Of a stretch of 43,787 nt of DNA, positions 1-12,431 are shown in pieces (positions within the stretch are counted from its first letter, which is position 1; every line of letters begins with the position of its first letter). The stretch lies in the NCBI GenBank assembly GCA_013115145.1, contig JAAPAO010000279.1:1-43787 (forward strand), read 5' to 3'. This DNA comes from Perkinsus chesapeaki ATCC PRA-425 (Eukaryota > Protista > Perkinsozoa). The position numbers were made by a program, and so were the translations under genes. Below the pieces are notes generated by a model. It was not told the origin of the DNA and searched no databases. It saw only the letters and a list, made by a program, of their open reading frames with translations.

Positions 1-62
1 GAAGCAATTTTGGGGCAGTGCGAGAAATTTAGGGGCGCTGCGAGTAATTTTGGGGCGCGTGA
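1..62. repeat. Degenerate ~20-bp tandem repeat, about 3 copies, possibly truncated by the window edge
   Basis: Units read directly: gcaattttggggcagtgcga / gaaatttaggggcgctgcga / gtaattttggggcgcgtgaa. Confidence 0.55.
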
Positions 63-103
63 AAGTACATGCCCAAAAGGAAAATGATTTTTTGACGGAG
101 AAA

Positions 104-125
104 CGTCGGGTGTGGGATTCGAACC
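104..125 (-). other. Isolated tRNA 3'-end-like fragment (T-loop plus acceptor strand); not an intact tRNA
   Basis: Minus strand reads GGTTCGAATCCCACACCCGACG, resembling a B-box/T-loop and 3' acceptor arm. I could not find a matching 5' half or a properly paired T-stem. Confidence 0.3.
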
Positions 126-1309
126 GGAGTATCCAAAACGTGTCCCAGAAGACGCCGCCCGATGATCAACAGTAGTGAGGCCTCGGACTAGCTTTATGAG
201 CCGGGAGACTTGTTCAATACAAAGGGAGGATTAATGCCGACTATGCGTTCGCAGGGTTCAAGACTAAATGCCTCGAAATTTTTCAATAAAGGAAGGTGGT
301 TCATCATCAAGCAGTTCTCTATCATCGGATGTCTCCACTAATGCTGGAACACCGACAAGTAACCATTACTCCTGATACGCTTGAAGTACGTCATTTTATC
401 GTCCCACTTAATCTCAGATAGCGATTATGGTATCCCCAGTAAACGGCGATCTCTATCTGTAACATTTGCGGACCGACAACCACGTGTTGGGTCCATTGCC
501 AATAGTCAGATGAACACTCCTACATCTTCGAATGATACCTCTAGCGGTTTCGATGCATCGCCGTCGACAACCGTTCCCCTAATTGCCCAGGAGCACTCCC
601 TGGCTACTTATCATTACGTGGAGAGCTACAAGGTGGGATGCCTTACATTTAGTAAATGCATCTTGCTCTCAGGATTATAATAGACGTAACTCATCTGGAG
701 TTCCTATGGCTCATGGTTGCATGACTGCCATCAGAGCCTGTCTTGGCCTCCTACCAACTCGACGGCGGTATCGTCGATATTTTTGAGTTGGAATTGTTTA
801 TCATTGCGTTATTCCTCAATGTGTTACACTAGCCATCATTATAACCAACATAACAACACTTGTGATGTGACCTGATATAACTTATTATATCAGCCCGCAT
901 GGTGGTATTTTATCATTGCCTAGTAGCGCCTATTAGGGAGTTGTTATCCTACTATTATTATTATCGCCGTATTGCGACTGGATGTTCAGTTATCATCCTC
1001 ATCACACCGTATTGTGTTGTCAACTATTACTACTAATAACACAACAGTTCTCAATAATCGTAGGTCACTAAATCAGCTTCGGACGATACACCGTTTACCT
1101 CGTAACTATTTTGGTAAGTGTTCGTAGTAAATGATCAACGCATATGAAGTCAAATAAAAATAGCTGATAAGAGTGGTTTACGACGGCTTCGCTACAACGA
1201 GGGGAAGCATTCACTGCCGACTAAGCGCGGTTAAACTACCGCAAAATGATACTACTAATGTCGTCTCAGCTCACCAAACGTAAGATAATACAGGACGACT
1301 TTTATAGAG

Positions 1310-4300
1310 TTACTTCTGTCCCTTTTCGTATAGATCATAATACACACCATGTTTGGCCATAAGACTTTCATGATCCCCAGATTCAACAATTTTACCGTCT
1401 GCAACAACATAGATAACATCACAGTTACGAACAGTTGACAATCGATGAGCGATCGTCACACTAGTTCTACCAACAGCGGCGGTATCGATAGCATTCTGGA
1501 CAATCTTTTCACTGGTAGAATCCAAAGCACTTGTAGCTTCATCAAGGAATATAATATGAGGATCTCTAACGAGAGCTCTAGCAATAGCAGCTCTCTGTTT
1601 TTGACCACCAGAAAGACGACAGCCTTTTGGTCCCATAGGATCATCCCATTTAACACTTCCTCCCATTGAAGTGACATAATCCATATTTGCCATTTTAGCG
1701 ACTGTTTCAAGTTCACCCATAGTAGCATCTTCTTTACCATAACGAACATTCTCAGCAAGTGTCATATCAAATAATACTGGCTCTTGTCCAACATAACCAT
1801 TTTGACCTCTCCACCATGCAACATTCATCATCCTAATATCCTCACCACCAACTTTAACACTTCCACCAGACACATCATAGAATCTTTGCATCAGAGCCAT
1901 GACTGTAGATTTACCACTGCCCGAAGGACCCACAAATGCGACTTGCTGACCAGGCTCGATCTTAAAGGAGACACCCTTGAGGATTTCAACTTCCGGGTGA
2001 GTGGGGTACGAGAAATGGACATCGCGAAATTCAATGATACCATCGCCGAGCTTCTCAATGGTACCATCAGGATGCATTGCGTTAATCTTAGACTGGGTAT
2101 CAAGTATCTCAAATACATCATGAGCAGATACCTTAGCTTCAGCCACATCTGGTAAGAATGCCATAGCTTGTCCAACAGCCATAGCAGCAAACATAATAGA
2201 CATCAATGATTGTAACATCTTTGTAAAATCAAGACCTTCGTAGGCTATCAGATGCCCACCGTAATAAAAGCCGATCGCATAGGCCAAAAATATAATACAG
2301 TTAGAAGCGCCAAAGGTAAGTCCCCTAACAGATGCCGATGCAAAGCTAGTGTTGCTGGATCTACTCGCATAGTGCTCATATGCCTCGACCGTCCATGACT
2401 CGGCCATGAAAGCACGAACAGTTCGCATGTTCTGGACGGCCTCAGATGCAACCAGCTGGGCTTGCTTTAGCTCATCTTGTTCTTCTTTACCAACCACTCT
2501 AACAGACATGTTTATTTTGCCGGCGATACCGAGGAAGGGCACCATAGCAAGCATAACCAAAGTCAATTGCCAAGAACCAGTGAAACCGATGATGACACCA
2601 ACAATCATACCAGTGGCAGCTTGAGCGTAGATACTCAACGATGTGCCTGTAAGTGAGTTCATCTTAACAGCGTATGTCGAGAGGGATGCTGTTAGCTTGC
2701 CAGCCGCATGCTCCGGGAAATCAAAGAAACCCATATCCTGTTCCATAATCTTGGCAAAGCACTGTTTACGTACATTGGCTGTGAAGTTCTCACCAATGTA
2801 GGAAAAACCTACAGACTGCAACACATGGCCAATAAATAACAATGCACCAAGGCCAACATAATACAAAGCTACAGGGCTAACATGCTCCATAACTAATGAT
2901 GGTGGATAATAGAAAGCAGTAAGAGCATGAGCCAACAGTAGCGAGTTCAGAGGGAATCCAGCGCCGGCTATGAACGCACCAGTGAGACCAGGAACAAACC
3001 ACCACTTCTCATTCTTGCTTAGACGAAGCAGTCTCATCCATGGAGTTTTATACGCCTTGGCAATTGCTTTCTTTCGTTCAGCTTCCCTATCTTCTTCTGT
3101 TTGGCTTAGTAGTTGCGCCCCGAAATCGCAAGAGCCTTGCACTTCGCTAAGAATGGTAGATTGCTTCCGACTCGCGCTTGTGGTAGTTCTCAACAAATCA
3201 TCACCAGCAAACGAAGAGGATCTATGAGATCGCTGAACTCTGTCAGCGTTATCGCCAGCAGCCATCTGTGCCGATACGAGGGCACTGTAGACACCATGGT
3301 GATTCATAAGCTCCGAGTGGCTGCCTTGCTCCACCAATTCACCACCGCGCATGACAAATATCTTGTCAGAGTTCTTGATGGTAGAGAGTCGGTGAGCAAT
3401 CGATATGGTAGTGATGCTAACGGTTGACTGTAAATGATCTATCGTGGCTTGAACCATCTTCTCACTCTCATTATCTAACGCAGAGGTTGCCTCATCAAGC
3501 AGGAGAATTTGAGGCTTTCTTAATAGCGCCCTGGCAATGGCTATCCTTTGCTTCTGACCACCGGAGACCTGACTCCCACCGGGGCCGGCGTAGGTATCAA
3601 AGCCTTCTGGAAGAGATTCGATGAAGCTTAGAATTTGGGCCTTCTTGCAGACATCTCTGATAGCAGCTTCAGAGGGAAGATTCTTTCCCACCAATCCATA
3701 AGTGAGGTTATTTCGTATACTATCAGCGAAAAGGAAAGGTTCTTGGCCAACATAACCAAACAAGGCACGATGTTGATGTACAGGTACAGTTTTAATATCA
3801 ACACCGTTAACCAATACCTGAATATATAATAATAATTAATAACTCCTCAAATTCAATAACTTACCCTTCCTTCTGTTGGATCATAGAATCTCTCCATCAT
3901 TTGAACTAATGTAGATTTGCCAGAACCAGACTCACCAACAAAGGCCACCTTCTGACCACGTTCAATAGCAAGTGACACACCTTTAATAACCTGAGAAGGA
4001 ATGTATACAACCAGCTTCAAGCTAAGATACTCGTCTACTTGAAGCTCAGGCCTGGCTGGGTAGTGGAACTTCACTTTCTCGAGCTCGAAACGTTCAAGAT
4101 GGAGGGGCTTCATTTCAGCGGTAGGATCGTCAACATCTGCCAACCGCTGCACTCTAGGTTCGATGGAGGCCTTCTGCTCGAACAGAGGGTATATCTTCCC
4201 ACCGGCCGCACACCCCTCAGCGAAGGACTAAAAGGGAGACAGTGATAATCGCAAGTGGAACAAGCTTACTTGAACGTGAGGGGCAATTTGAGCTAAAGAG

Positions 4301-5292
4301 AATGTACCCATTATAGCAGACATGAAAACAGTAAGAACATCACCACCTTGGTAAGGTAGTCCAGTTGATGGATTGATAGTACCATCACGAATCAAAGTAC
4401 CACCATACCAGAAGGTGAGAGCGTAGGTCCAAAACACAACTGTCATTGTGAAGCCAATGGATAAGCCGCGGAACAGGCCGCCTCTGATGCCGGCTTTTAA
4501 AGCATCTTCAACAACTTGGGCGTATTTGGTGATAGAACGTTTCTCTCCACCGAAAGCAGCCACGGTCTTAATGGAACCCAGTACCTCTTCGGCAACAGCA
4601 CCGGCAGCAGCATACATAGTTTGACCTTTAGATGATAAACTGGACATCACTTTAGCCATAAGAGCACCAGCAACCATGATAAGAGGCATTGAAGACATCA
4701 TAACAAGGGTGATCTGCCATCCACGGTAGAATGCCACTATGTAACCAACAACAGCCATAGAAATGTTGACACAACACAGTGAAGCCTTCGATCCGATAGC
4801 ATCACGGACCTTAAGAACATCCTCAGCCATACGGGAAGGCAGGGCAGCCGGGGTTCTCATATCGAACCAGGCTATATCTTGACCAACAACAGCTTGGAGG
4901 TAGCTCACCCTCAAACGTGAAGCCTGATTCTCCGAGAAGTAAGTAAAGCAAGAGTTAAATACAGAGCCTGTAATCAAAGCAACTCCAGCAAGAACACACA
5001 TCTGCCATGTAACGGTCACGATACGGTCCATGAACCCGTCGAGGGTTCCAGCAGACGCATTCGCGAAATCGCCGAATAACAATGCAAAAAGAGGCATAAG
5101 AGCACCATTGATGAGAGCGGCGATCACACCACAGCCAAGGGCATAGTAGTCCTTCTTGGGAGCTCGCGAATATAGTTTAAAATAAGATACGTTGATATTC
5201 TCCTCCTCCACTTCAGGCCCTGACCCAGCATCATCATCACCAGTGGGGCGGCGGTCTCTGGAGAATATCTTGAAGAAGGAGAATTTCACCAT
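1310..5292 (-). CDS. ABCB1: Full-length ABCB (P-glycoprotein/MDR) transporter, paralogue A; join(4270..5292,4039..4227,3865..3990,1310..3817), ~1281 aa
   Basis: TMD-NBD-TMD-NBD layout. Walker [10 protein letters not shown] and GPSGSGKST, signatures VSGGQKQ and [19 protein letters not shown]. Three phase-0 GT-AG introns (4228-4269, 3991-4038, 3818-3864) give one open frame. Confidence 0.95.
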
Positions 5293-5565
5293 TGAGAATT
5301 AGAGTTTAAATAACGTACACTGGAAAAGTAAGTATTGAACTGCTAACACAAGGTAATGGTAAAGATGCTACTAGAGACCAACATAACTTGAACGCTAGCC
5401 TCAACGAGACGTAGCGCCGCAGTAGAATGGAATAATGTCCACAAGGAACTTATCACGCAAATCTAACGTATGCGCAAAGGGCAAGGGAAGTGGACATAGA
5501 ACTGCTGCATATAATGCCCTAAAAGGTATATAGAGGAAGTATGAGGGAACATTTATAGAAGGTAA

Positions 5566-8500
5566 CTACTTCTGTCCCTTTGTGTACAGATCATAATACA
5601 CACCATGTTTGGCCATAAGAGTATCATGATTTCCAGATTCAACAATCTTGCCGTCGGTGATAACGTAGATAACATCACAGTTACGAACAGTAGTTAGTCT
5701 ATGGGCAACAGTGACACTAGTTCTACCAACAGCGGCGGTATCGATAGCATTCTGGACAATCTTTTCACTGGTAGAATCCAAAGCACTTGTAGCTTCATCA
5801 AGGAATATAATGTGAGGATCTCTAACAAGAGCTCTAGCAATAGCAGCTCTCTGTTTTTGACCACCAGAAAGACGACAGCCTTTTGGTCCCATAGGATCAT
5901 CCCATTTAACACTCCCTCCCATTGAAGTGACATAATCCATATTTGCCATTTTAGCGACTGTTTCAAGTTCACCCATAGTAGCATCTTCTTTACCATAACG
6001 AACATTCTCAGCAAGTGTCATATCAAATAATACTGGCTCTTGTCCAACATAACCATTTTGACCTCTCCACCATGCAACATTCATCATCCTAATATCCTCA
6101 CCACCAATGGTGATGCTACCACTTTCAACATCATAGAATCTTTGCATCAGAGCCATGACTGTAGATTTACCACTGCCCGAAGGACCCACAAATGCGACTT
6201 GCTGACCAGGCTCGATCTTAAAGGAGACACCCTTGAGGATTGGCAGATCTGGGTTAGTGGGATATTTGAAGTGAACATCTTTGAACTCGACCGCTCCGTT
6301 GCCCATGTTCTCAATGGTACCGTCAGGATGCATTGCGTTAATCTTAGACTGGGTATCAAGTATCTCAAATACATCATGAGCAGATACCTTAGCTTCAGCC
6401 ACATCTGGTAAGAATGCCATAGCCTGTCCAACAGCCATAGCAGCAAACATAATAGACATCAATGATTGTAACATATGAGAATAACCAAGACCATTGTACA
6501 CCATGAGGTGACCACCATACCAGAATCCCAAAGCATATGCAAGGAAGATAATGCAGTTGGAAGCACCAAAGATAATACCACGAACAATCGCAGTCGCTCC
6601 ACTGGTATCATTGGCTTGATCAGCGAACTCGGCGTAATGGTCGACCGTCCATGACTCGGCCATGAAAGCTCGGACAGTCCGCATGTTCTGGATGGCCTCG
6701 GATGCAATCAACTGGGCTTGCTTCATGTTATCTTGTTCCTTCTTGCCTTCCATTCTGACGGACATGTTGAACTTAGCAGCCATCATAAGGAGGGGTACCA
6801 TAGCAAGCATAACCAAAGTCAATTGCCACGAACCACAGAATCCAATAATTACACCAACTATCATACCAGTGGCAGCTTGGGAGTAGATACCAAGATTGGA
6901 CCCGGTGAGTGAGCGCATCTTAACAGCGTATGTCGAGAGGGATGCTGTTAGCTTGCCAGCCGCATGCTCCGGGAAATCAAAGAAACCCATATCCTGTTCC
7001 ATAATCTTGGCAAAGCACTGTTTACGTACATTGGCTGTGAAGTTCTCACCAAGATAGCCAAGGCAACCAGACTCGATAATTTGGCCAATAAGAATGAGAG
7101 CACCGAGACCAATATAGTAGAAGCATACATTATCAACATGATGCATGATAAGAGGAGGAGGGTAATAGAAGGCGAACAATGCACGAGATAACAACAAGGC
7201 ATTTAAAGGGAAGGCAGCACCGGTCATAAATGAACCCAGGATTGATGGTATCCACCACCACTTCTGGTCTTTATTAAATGCAAGCAATCTTCTCCACGGC
7301 GTCTTATAGTTTTTCGCTATCTTAGCCTTGCGCTCTTTCTCCTTCTCTTCTTCAGTCTTAAGTAGTGAATCACCAGAGTCCTCGTCATCATCAATGTTAT
7401 CAGCTCCAATGGTATTAGCAGTAGCCGTTCTAGTCCTAGTGCTCTTCCTTCTAACAACTTCACTGGCAGTGTCCACAGAGGCACTGCTTGGCTGCTGCTC
7501 TTCACCTTTACCATCACTCGGAGCAGCAGCCGACTGGGCCGACACCAAGGAGGCATATACACCTTCCTGTTTCATCAGCTCCTCGTTGTTGCCTTGCTCA
7601 ACTAGCTCACCAAGCTTGAATACAAAAATCACATCAGAGTTCTTGATGGTAGAGAGTCGGTGAGCAATCGATATGGTAGTGATGTTAACGGTTGACTGTA
7701 AATGATCTATAGTGGCTTGAACCATCTTCTCACTCTCATTATCTAACGCAGAGGTTGCCTCATCAAGTAGGAGAATTTCCGGCTTTCTTAGTAGTGCCCT
7801 GGCAATGGCTATCCTTTGCTTCTGACCACCGGACATCTGACTTCCACCGGGGCCGGCGTAGGTATCAAAACCTTCTGGGAGACCGTCAATGAAATCAAGA
7901 ATTTGAGCATCTTTGCAGACCTTTCTCATTTCTTGTTCAGTTGGGACACGGTCGCCAGTTAGACCATAACGAAGATTATTTCGTATACTATCAGCGAAAA
8001 GGAAAGGTTCTTGGCCAACATAACCAAACAAGGCACGATGTTGATGTACAGGTACAGTTTTAATATCAACACCGTTAACCAATACCTGAATATATAATAA
8101 TAATTAATAACTCCTCAAATTCAATAACTTACCCTTCCTTCTGTTGGATCATAGAATCTCTCCATCATTTGAACTAATGTAGATTTGCCAGAACCAGACT
8201 CACCAACAAAGGCCACCTTCTGACCACGTTTTATAGTCAAATTGATTCCCTTGAGAACCTGCGAACCATTTAGAGCTCACTCCCCATTTAGCGCATCGCA
8301 GCTACCCCTTACCTGGAGAGCCGGGCGTGCCGGATAGCAGAATTTGACGTCTTCCATCTGGAGTGTCTCAAACTTCACAGGTTTCATGTTAAACTCGGCA
8401 TCACCGCCCTCGCACTCCCTCTTAACTGGTGGCTCAATGTCGGCCTTGTGCTTCATCAACGGGAATATCTTGCCGCCGGCTGCACAACCTTCAGAGAAAG

Positions 8501-9594
8501 CCTAAAGCAAAAGTAAGGTTGATGCCAGTGTCAATTGATCTTACCTGGAAATGAGGAGCGACCTGCGCAATACCGAACGTGGCCATCATAGCAGACATGA
8601 AAACAGTGAGAACATCACCGCCTTGGTAAGGTAGTCCAGTTGATGGATTGATAGTTCCATCACGAATCAAAGTACCACCATACCAGAAGGTAAGAGCGTA
8701 GGTCCAGTAGACAACAGACATTGTAAATCCAATGGAGAATCCGCGATAGGCCGAACTTTTCACACCAGAGTTCAAAGCCTTCTGCACCTTAGCGTTATAA
8801 CGATCAATTGACCTTTGCTCGCCACCGAATGAAGCTACAGTCTTTATAGATTCTAGAACCTCCTCGGCAACAGCACCGGCTTCAGCGTACTCGTTTTGAC
8901 CTTTGGAGGCGAGCCCGGACATGGCCTTGGCCATTAAAGCACCGCAAACCATAATGAGAGGAGAAGTGGCTATCATGACCAACGTAATCTGCCAACCCCT
9001 GTAAAATGCTATAATATAACCAACAACACACATAGAGAAGTTCATGCAGGCCATTGATGCCTTCTGACCGATAGCATCACGAACCTTAAGGACATCCTCG
9101 GACATACGAGCGGGTAATGCAGCCGGAGTTCTAACATCGAACCATGAAATATCTTGGCCAACTACTGCTTGGAGATATTTGACTCTGAGGCGTGCTACTT
9201 GATTCTCAGAGAAATAGGAGAAACAGGTATTGAAGACGGCACTGACCACAAAGGATATTGCGCCTAGTACGCACATTTCCCAAGTGACTTTGATGATTCT
9301 ATCCATGAAACCATTGATACCACCAGCAGCTGAGTCTGCAAAATTACCAAACAATAGAGAGAATAAAGGCATTAAAGCACCATTTATCAAGGCAGCAATA
9401 ATACCGATAGCAAGTACTATCTTATCGTGTTTGTCGGCCAAACCGAATAAAGTGAAATAAGAGACAGATTCAGTGTCCTCGACCCGAACGTTGTTTGGAT
9501 CCTCAGGATCACTGACATTGCTATTAACAGGTTTCTTCTTTTTAGAGAACATATTCGATAAGGAGAATTTCTCCGCCTTTCCAGAAGCCTTCAT
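5566..9594 (-). CDS. ABCB1: Full-length ABCB (P-glycoprotein/MDR) transporter, paralogue B; join(8545..9594,8313..8501,8133..8258,5566..8085), ~1294 aa
   Basis: Same architecture and motifs as paralogue A (NBD1 signature MSGGQKQ). GT-AG introns at 8502-8544, 8259-8312 and 8086-8132 sit at equivalent positions; internal exons are 189 and 126 nt in both genes. Confidence 0.95.
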
Positions 9595-10223
9595 AGTCGG
9601 GTAGTCCTAGAAAGGTAGCACAAATAACACAAGAGGGAAACAATAAAGCTCCTAACAGGAGTGTAACTGAAAACAGTACACTTTATAACCTCTACACAAC
9701 GCTTCCCGATGACTCTAATACGAACGCGGAATCATGTATCACACTGGTCGAATAATGATCGCTACCAGTTCGCTAAGCCTCGACACAAAAGCTGTCCCCT
9801 TGAGGTACCAGTGACCCACATTCGCACACCTATAGACTCCACACAGTGCCTATGAATGGACCATATCATTTCATTAGGTGAAGATGGGCTACAGGCGGTG
9901 GTGCTTTTGCCGGACTCGAACTGGTGCATGTGCGCATGCGTGCTTCAGTGTGTAGGGAACAATGGCTAGCTTGAACAGCCTCAGAAATGGAGAGTACCAA
10001 ACAGTGGTGAGAAGATCCCCAGCTTGGGCAGTCCAAGAATAATAAGGCTTACAAAGAATATTAGCCGAACATAGGATAAAGAATAACGCCGTGACACAGG
10101 CCAGCAGAACTCGCCCCACAAGGGAAAACCTCGTGCACGCGTGCGCGGCGCAAGGCCGACTCGTCAACGTGAAGTCAATATTATGGACTCAATGGCGTCA
10201 CTATCGACTAGGCAGTAACTATG

Positions 10224-10512
10224 AAATGAATTCGAAGTTGTGATTNNNNNNNNNNNNNNNNNNNNNNNNNNNNNNNNNNNNNNNNNNNNNNNNNNNNNNN
10301 NNNNNNNNNNNNNNNNNNNNNNNNNNNNNNNNNNNNNNNNNNNNNCAAGCTATCTGAGTTCTTAGTGACAAAGATGAGTAGGAGGTGTAGTAGCATCATA
10401 TACGGATGGAGCATCTTAAAATGAATTCGAAGTTGTGATTCAAGCTATCTGAGTTCTTAGTGACAAAGATGAGTAGGAGGTGTAGTAGCATCATATACGG
10501 ATGGAGCATCTT
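10224..10512. repeat. 94-bp direct duplication with a 100-N assembly gap (10246-10345) inside the first copy
   Basis: 10224-10245 plus 10346-10417 joined equal 10419-10512 (aaatgaattcgaagttgtgatt-caagctatctg...gagcatctt). Confidence 0.85.
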
Positions 10513-10572
10513 ACCTGCATGTCATGGAGCAAACAACGAAAAACATGCACGTAAACAAACGAGAAACATGCA

Positions 10573-11931
10573 TTACACATCCCCGACTAGAATGGCATCG
10601 ATAGCAGCTTCGACATCGTCAACAAATGCATCAGCCCTGCACATATCATGTTCATTATGTTGAGCGACTCCTGTCGATACCTGCGGAACGGTACGCGGTA
10701 CCCGTGGCTTCATGCTTACAAGAACGCTTCTCCATTTCGGACTTAACTTTGCAATAGCAACATCGCTCTCGGGATTATCACCAACCATATAAATTGTGTC
10801 GGGCACTGTCCCGGATATCTCGAGAAATTGGGCTGAAGGCACTCTAATCGAGACTTGATCGTTTGCGCTATGATTACATTCGACGAAGGTCAAGGTTTCC
10901 TGGCTTGGTTTACCGAAAGCAGAGTATTTCAGTTCCCCACCGTAGAGCTTTTTATACACTAAAAAGTGCAACATTAATTCACGAGGACACGCTGAAGCTC
11001 ACGATAGGCTAGAGAATGGACGAATGCTCCCGAGCCAAGACGTGGTGCCGGATAAGATGAGGAATAGAGGAAATCCATGTTTGATACCACTAATGGAACT
11101 TGGGTTCCCGGAGGGGCGGTGCCAGGGGGGTATCCACCTCGCAGAACATCAAGCAAGATCTGAAGAAACACTCCTCGAATATGTGGTATGGGTATACCTG
11201 GGAGTCTATGGTCCAATCGAATGGATCATAGAACAACATAGCAGCCACTACATGCTCACCGGGAAGAACGGCCAAGTCTCCATTGCACGTCGAAGGCCGT
11301 TTTGGCTGATAAAAGGGAGTAGAGGATCCTGAGCTGTGTGTGTCCACCTTGGCCCAATGCTGGTCAGGAAATTGTATTATTAGGTCCTCAGAAGAGAAGG
11401 CCCGTCGAAAGCCGTATGATCGAGCAACAGCCACTGAATCTCCGGCGCCTGTATGGTACGAACGGTAAGGATTCAGCCAACACTGGTTGTTGCAGCACCA
11501 ATGATGAGCACTGGTTTATCCTGTAGCTCCCTGGTTGCCAAGGCCTTCATGGGGCTGTGAGCGAGGCAGATCTTCTGAGGGAAATGAGGAGGCAGGTGCC
11601 AGCTATGATAGCAGCGCGCGCAAAGGTGGAATCAAGGGCCCTTGCCTGTTGTGGCGAGACCTCTAGTTCCAACAACTCAGAAAGCTGTTTGGCCTTCCTC
11701 TCCTCAGAGACTCCTCCGCCATTTGTACATACCACCCATGGCACCTAGCAAATGTCATAGGCATCCAGGCCAATTGTGCTGGTGGCGCCCTACCTTGTGA
11801 TGAACAGCTTTCACCATCGCCGACTTTGCCCTAGGAAGGGCCTTTTTGCCGTGGAGGAGCACTCCATCTATGTCGAATACTATTCCTTGCCGAATCTTAT
11901 TCGGAAGTTTGACCCCTTTAATGAGAACCAT
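10573..11931 (-). CDS. HAD-superfamily class IIA hydrolase, CECR5/HDHD5-like; multi-exon
   Basis: ATG at 11931 gives MVLIKGVKLPNKIRQGIVFDIDGVLLHG (motif I, DxD). Later exons give CTNGGG (motif II), ICLAHSPMK, VARSYGF, SNMDFLY...RLGSGAF, FGKP (motif III) and YMVGDNPESDV (motif IV). Confidence 0.9.
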
Positions 11932-12200
11932 GATAAAACTTTTTCAGCACAGGATTATGTCTCCACGGCCAATCGTTATATGGCCGTCTCTGGTCCTCTC
12001 CGCGCAACGCGACTTGGATAAGTTGTGTATAGTCCCGGAGTGGTAAGATACCAATGAGGTCAGTTAATGGTCCAATTAGTCATCTCACCGCATATGGCTG
12101 GTCGGTTTCAATGTTATCGCTAGATTTAGTAACCTAATGCCTTCAATGTAATAAAGGATCACGGGTGATATGTCACAGGCCGTGACACCACAAGGAAGCT

Positions 12201-12230
12201 GCACGCATGCGCATGGTGACGCATGCGTGC
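12201..12230. promoter_or_regulatory. Perfect 11-bp inverted repeat (GCACGCATGCG-N8-CGCATGCGTGC) in a divergent intergenic region
   Basis: Seen directly between the HAD start (11931, -) and the first CCCH gene (+). A regulatory role is inferred only from position. Confidence 0.35.
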
Positions 12231-12431
12231 CGCTGCTCCGGGAAGTTCTTCAGTAGTGTGGACTCCACACTGTGGAGGTACCGAAATAGTGAGCATCTTC
12301 AATATAGCATTTATCAGAGTATCTTAGGTTGTTGTCGAATTGCCTGTGCTACCCATGAAATTAGAATTGGTATGAATTCTATGCGACTGCTGTCCGTGAG
12401 TTATATGTGTTTCTTTAGGGTTGCACACTTG

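Noticed and set aside
150-790. Ser-rich ORFs 381-680 and 583-786
   Set aside because: No motif, stops in all frames, and no consistent splice model found.
1445-7663. Many small ORFs within the ABC genes (e.g. 1445-1669, 1784-2155, 5701-5925, 6040-6411)
   Set aside because: Antisense or alternate-frame shadows. They recur in both copies only because the underlying ABC DNA is duplicated.
9896-9930. tRNA-like GTTCGAGTCC...CACCA on the minus strand
   Set aside because: The T-stem has two mismatches, and I found no A-box, D-arm or complementary 5' acceptor strand.
9889-10167. 92-aa hydrophobic minus-strand ORF
   Set aside because: No recognisable family, uncertain start, and next to an assembly gap; it cannot be supported as a gene.
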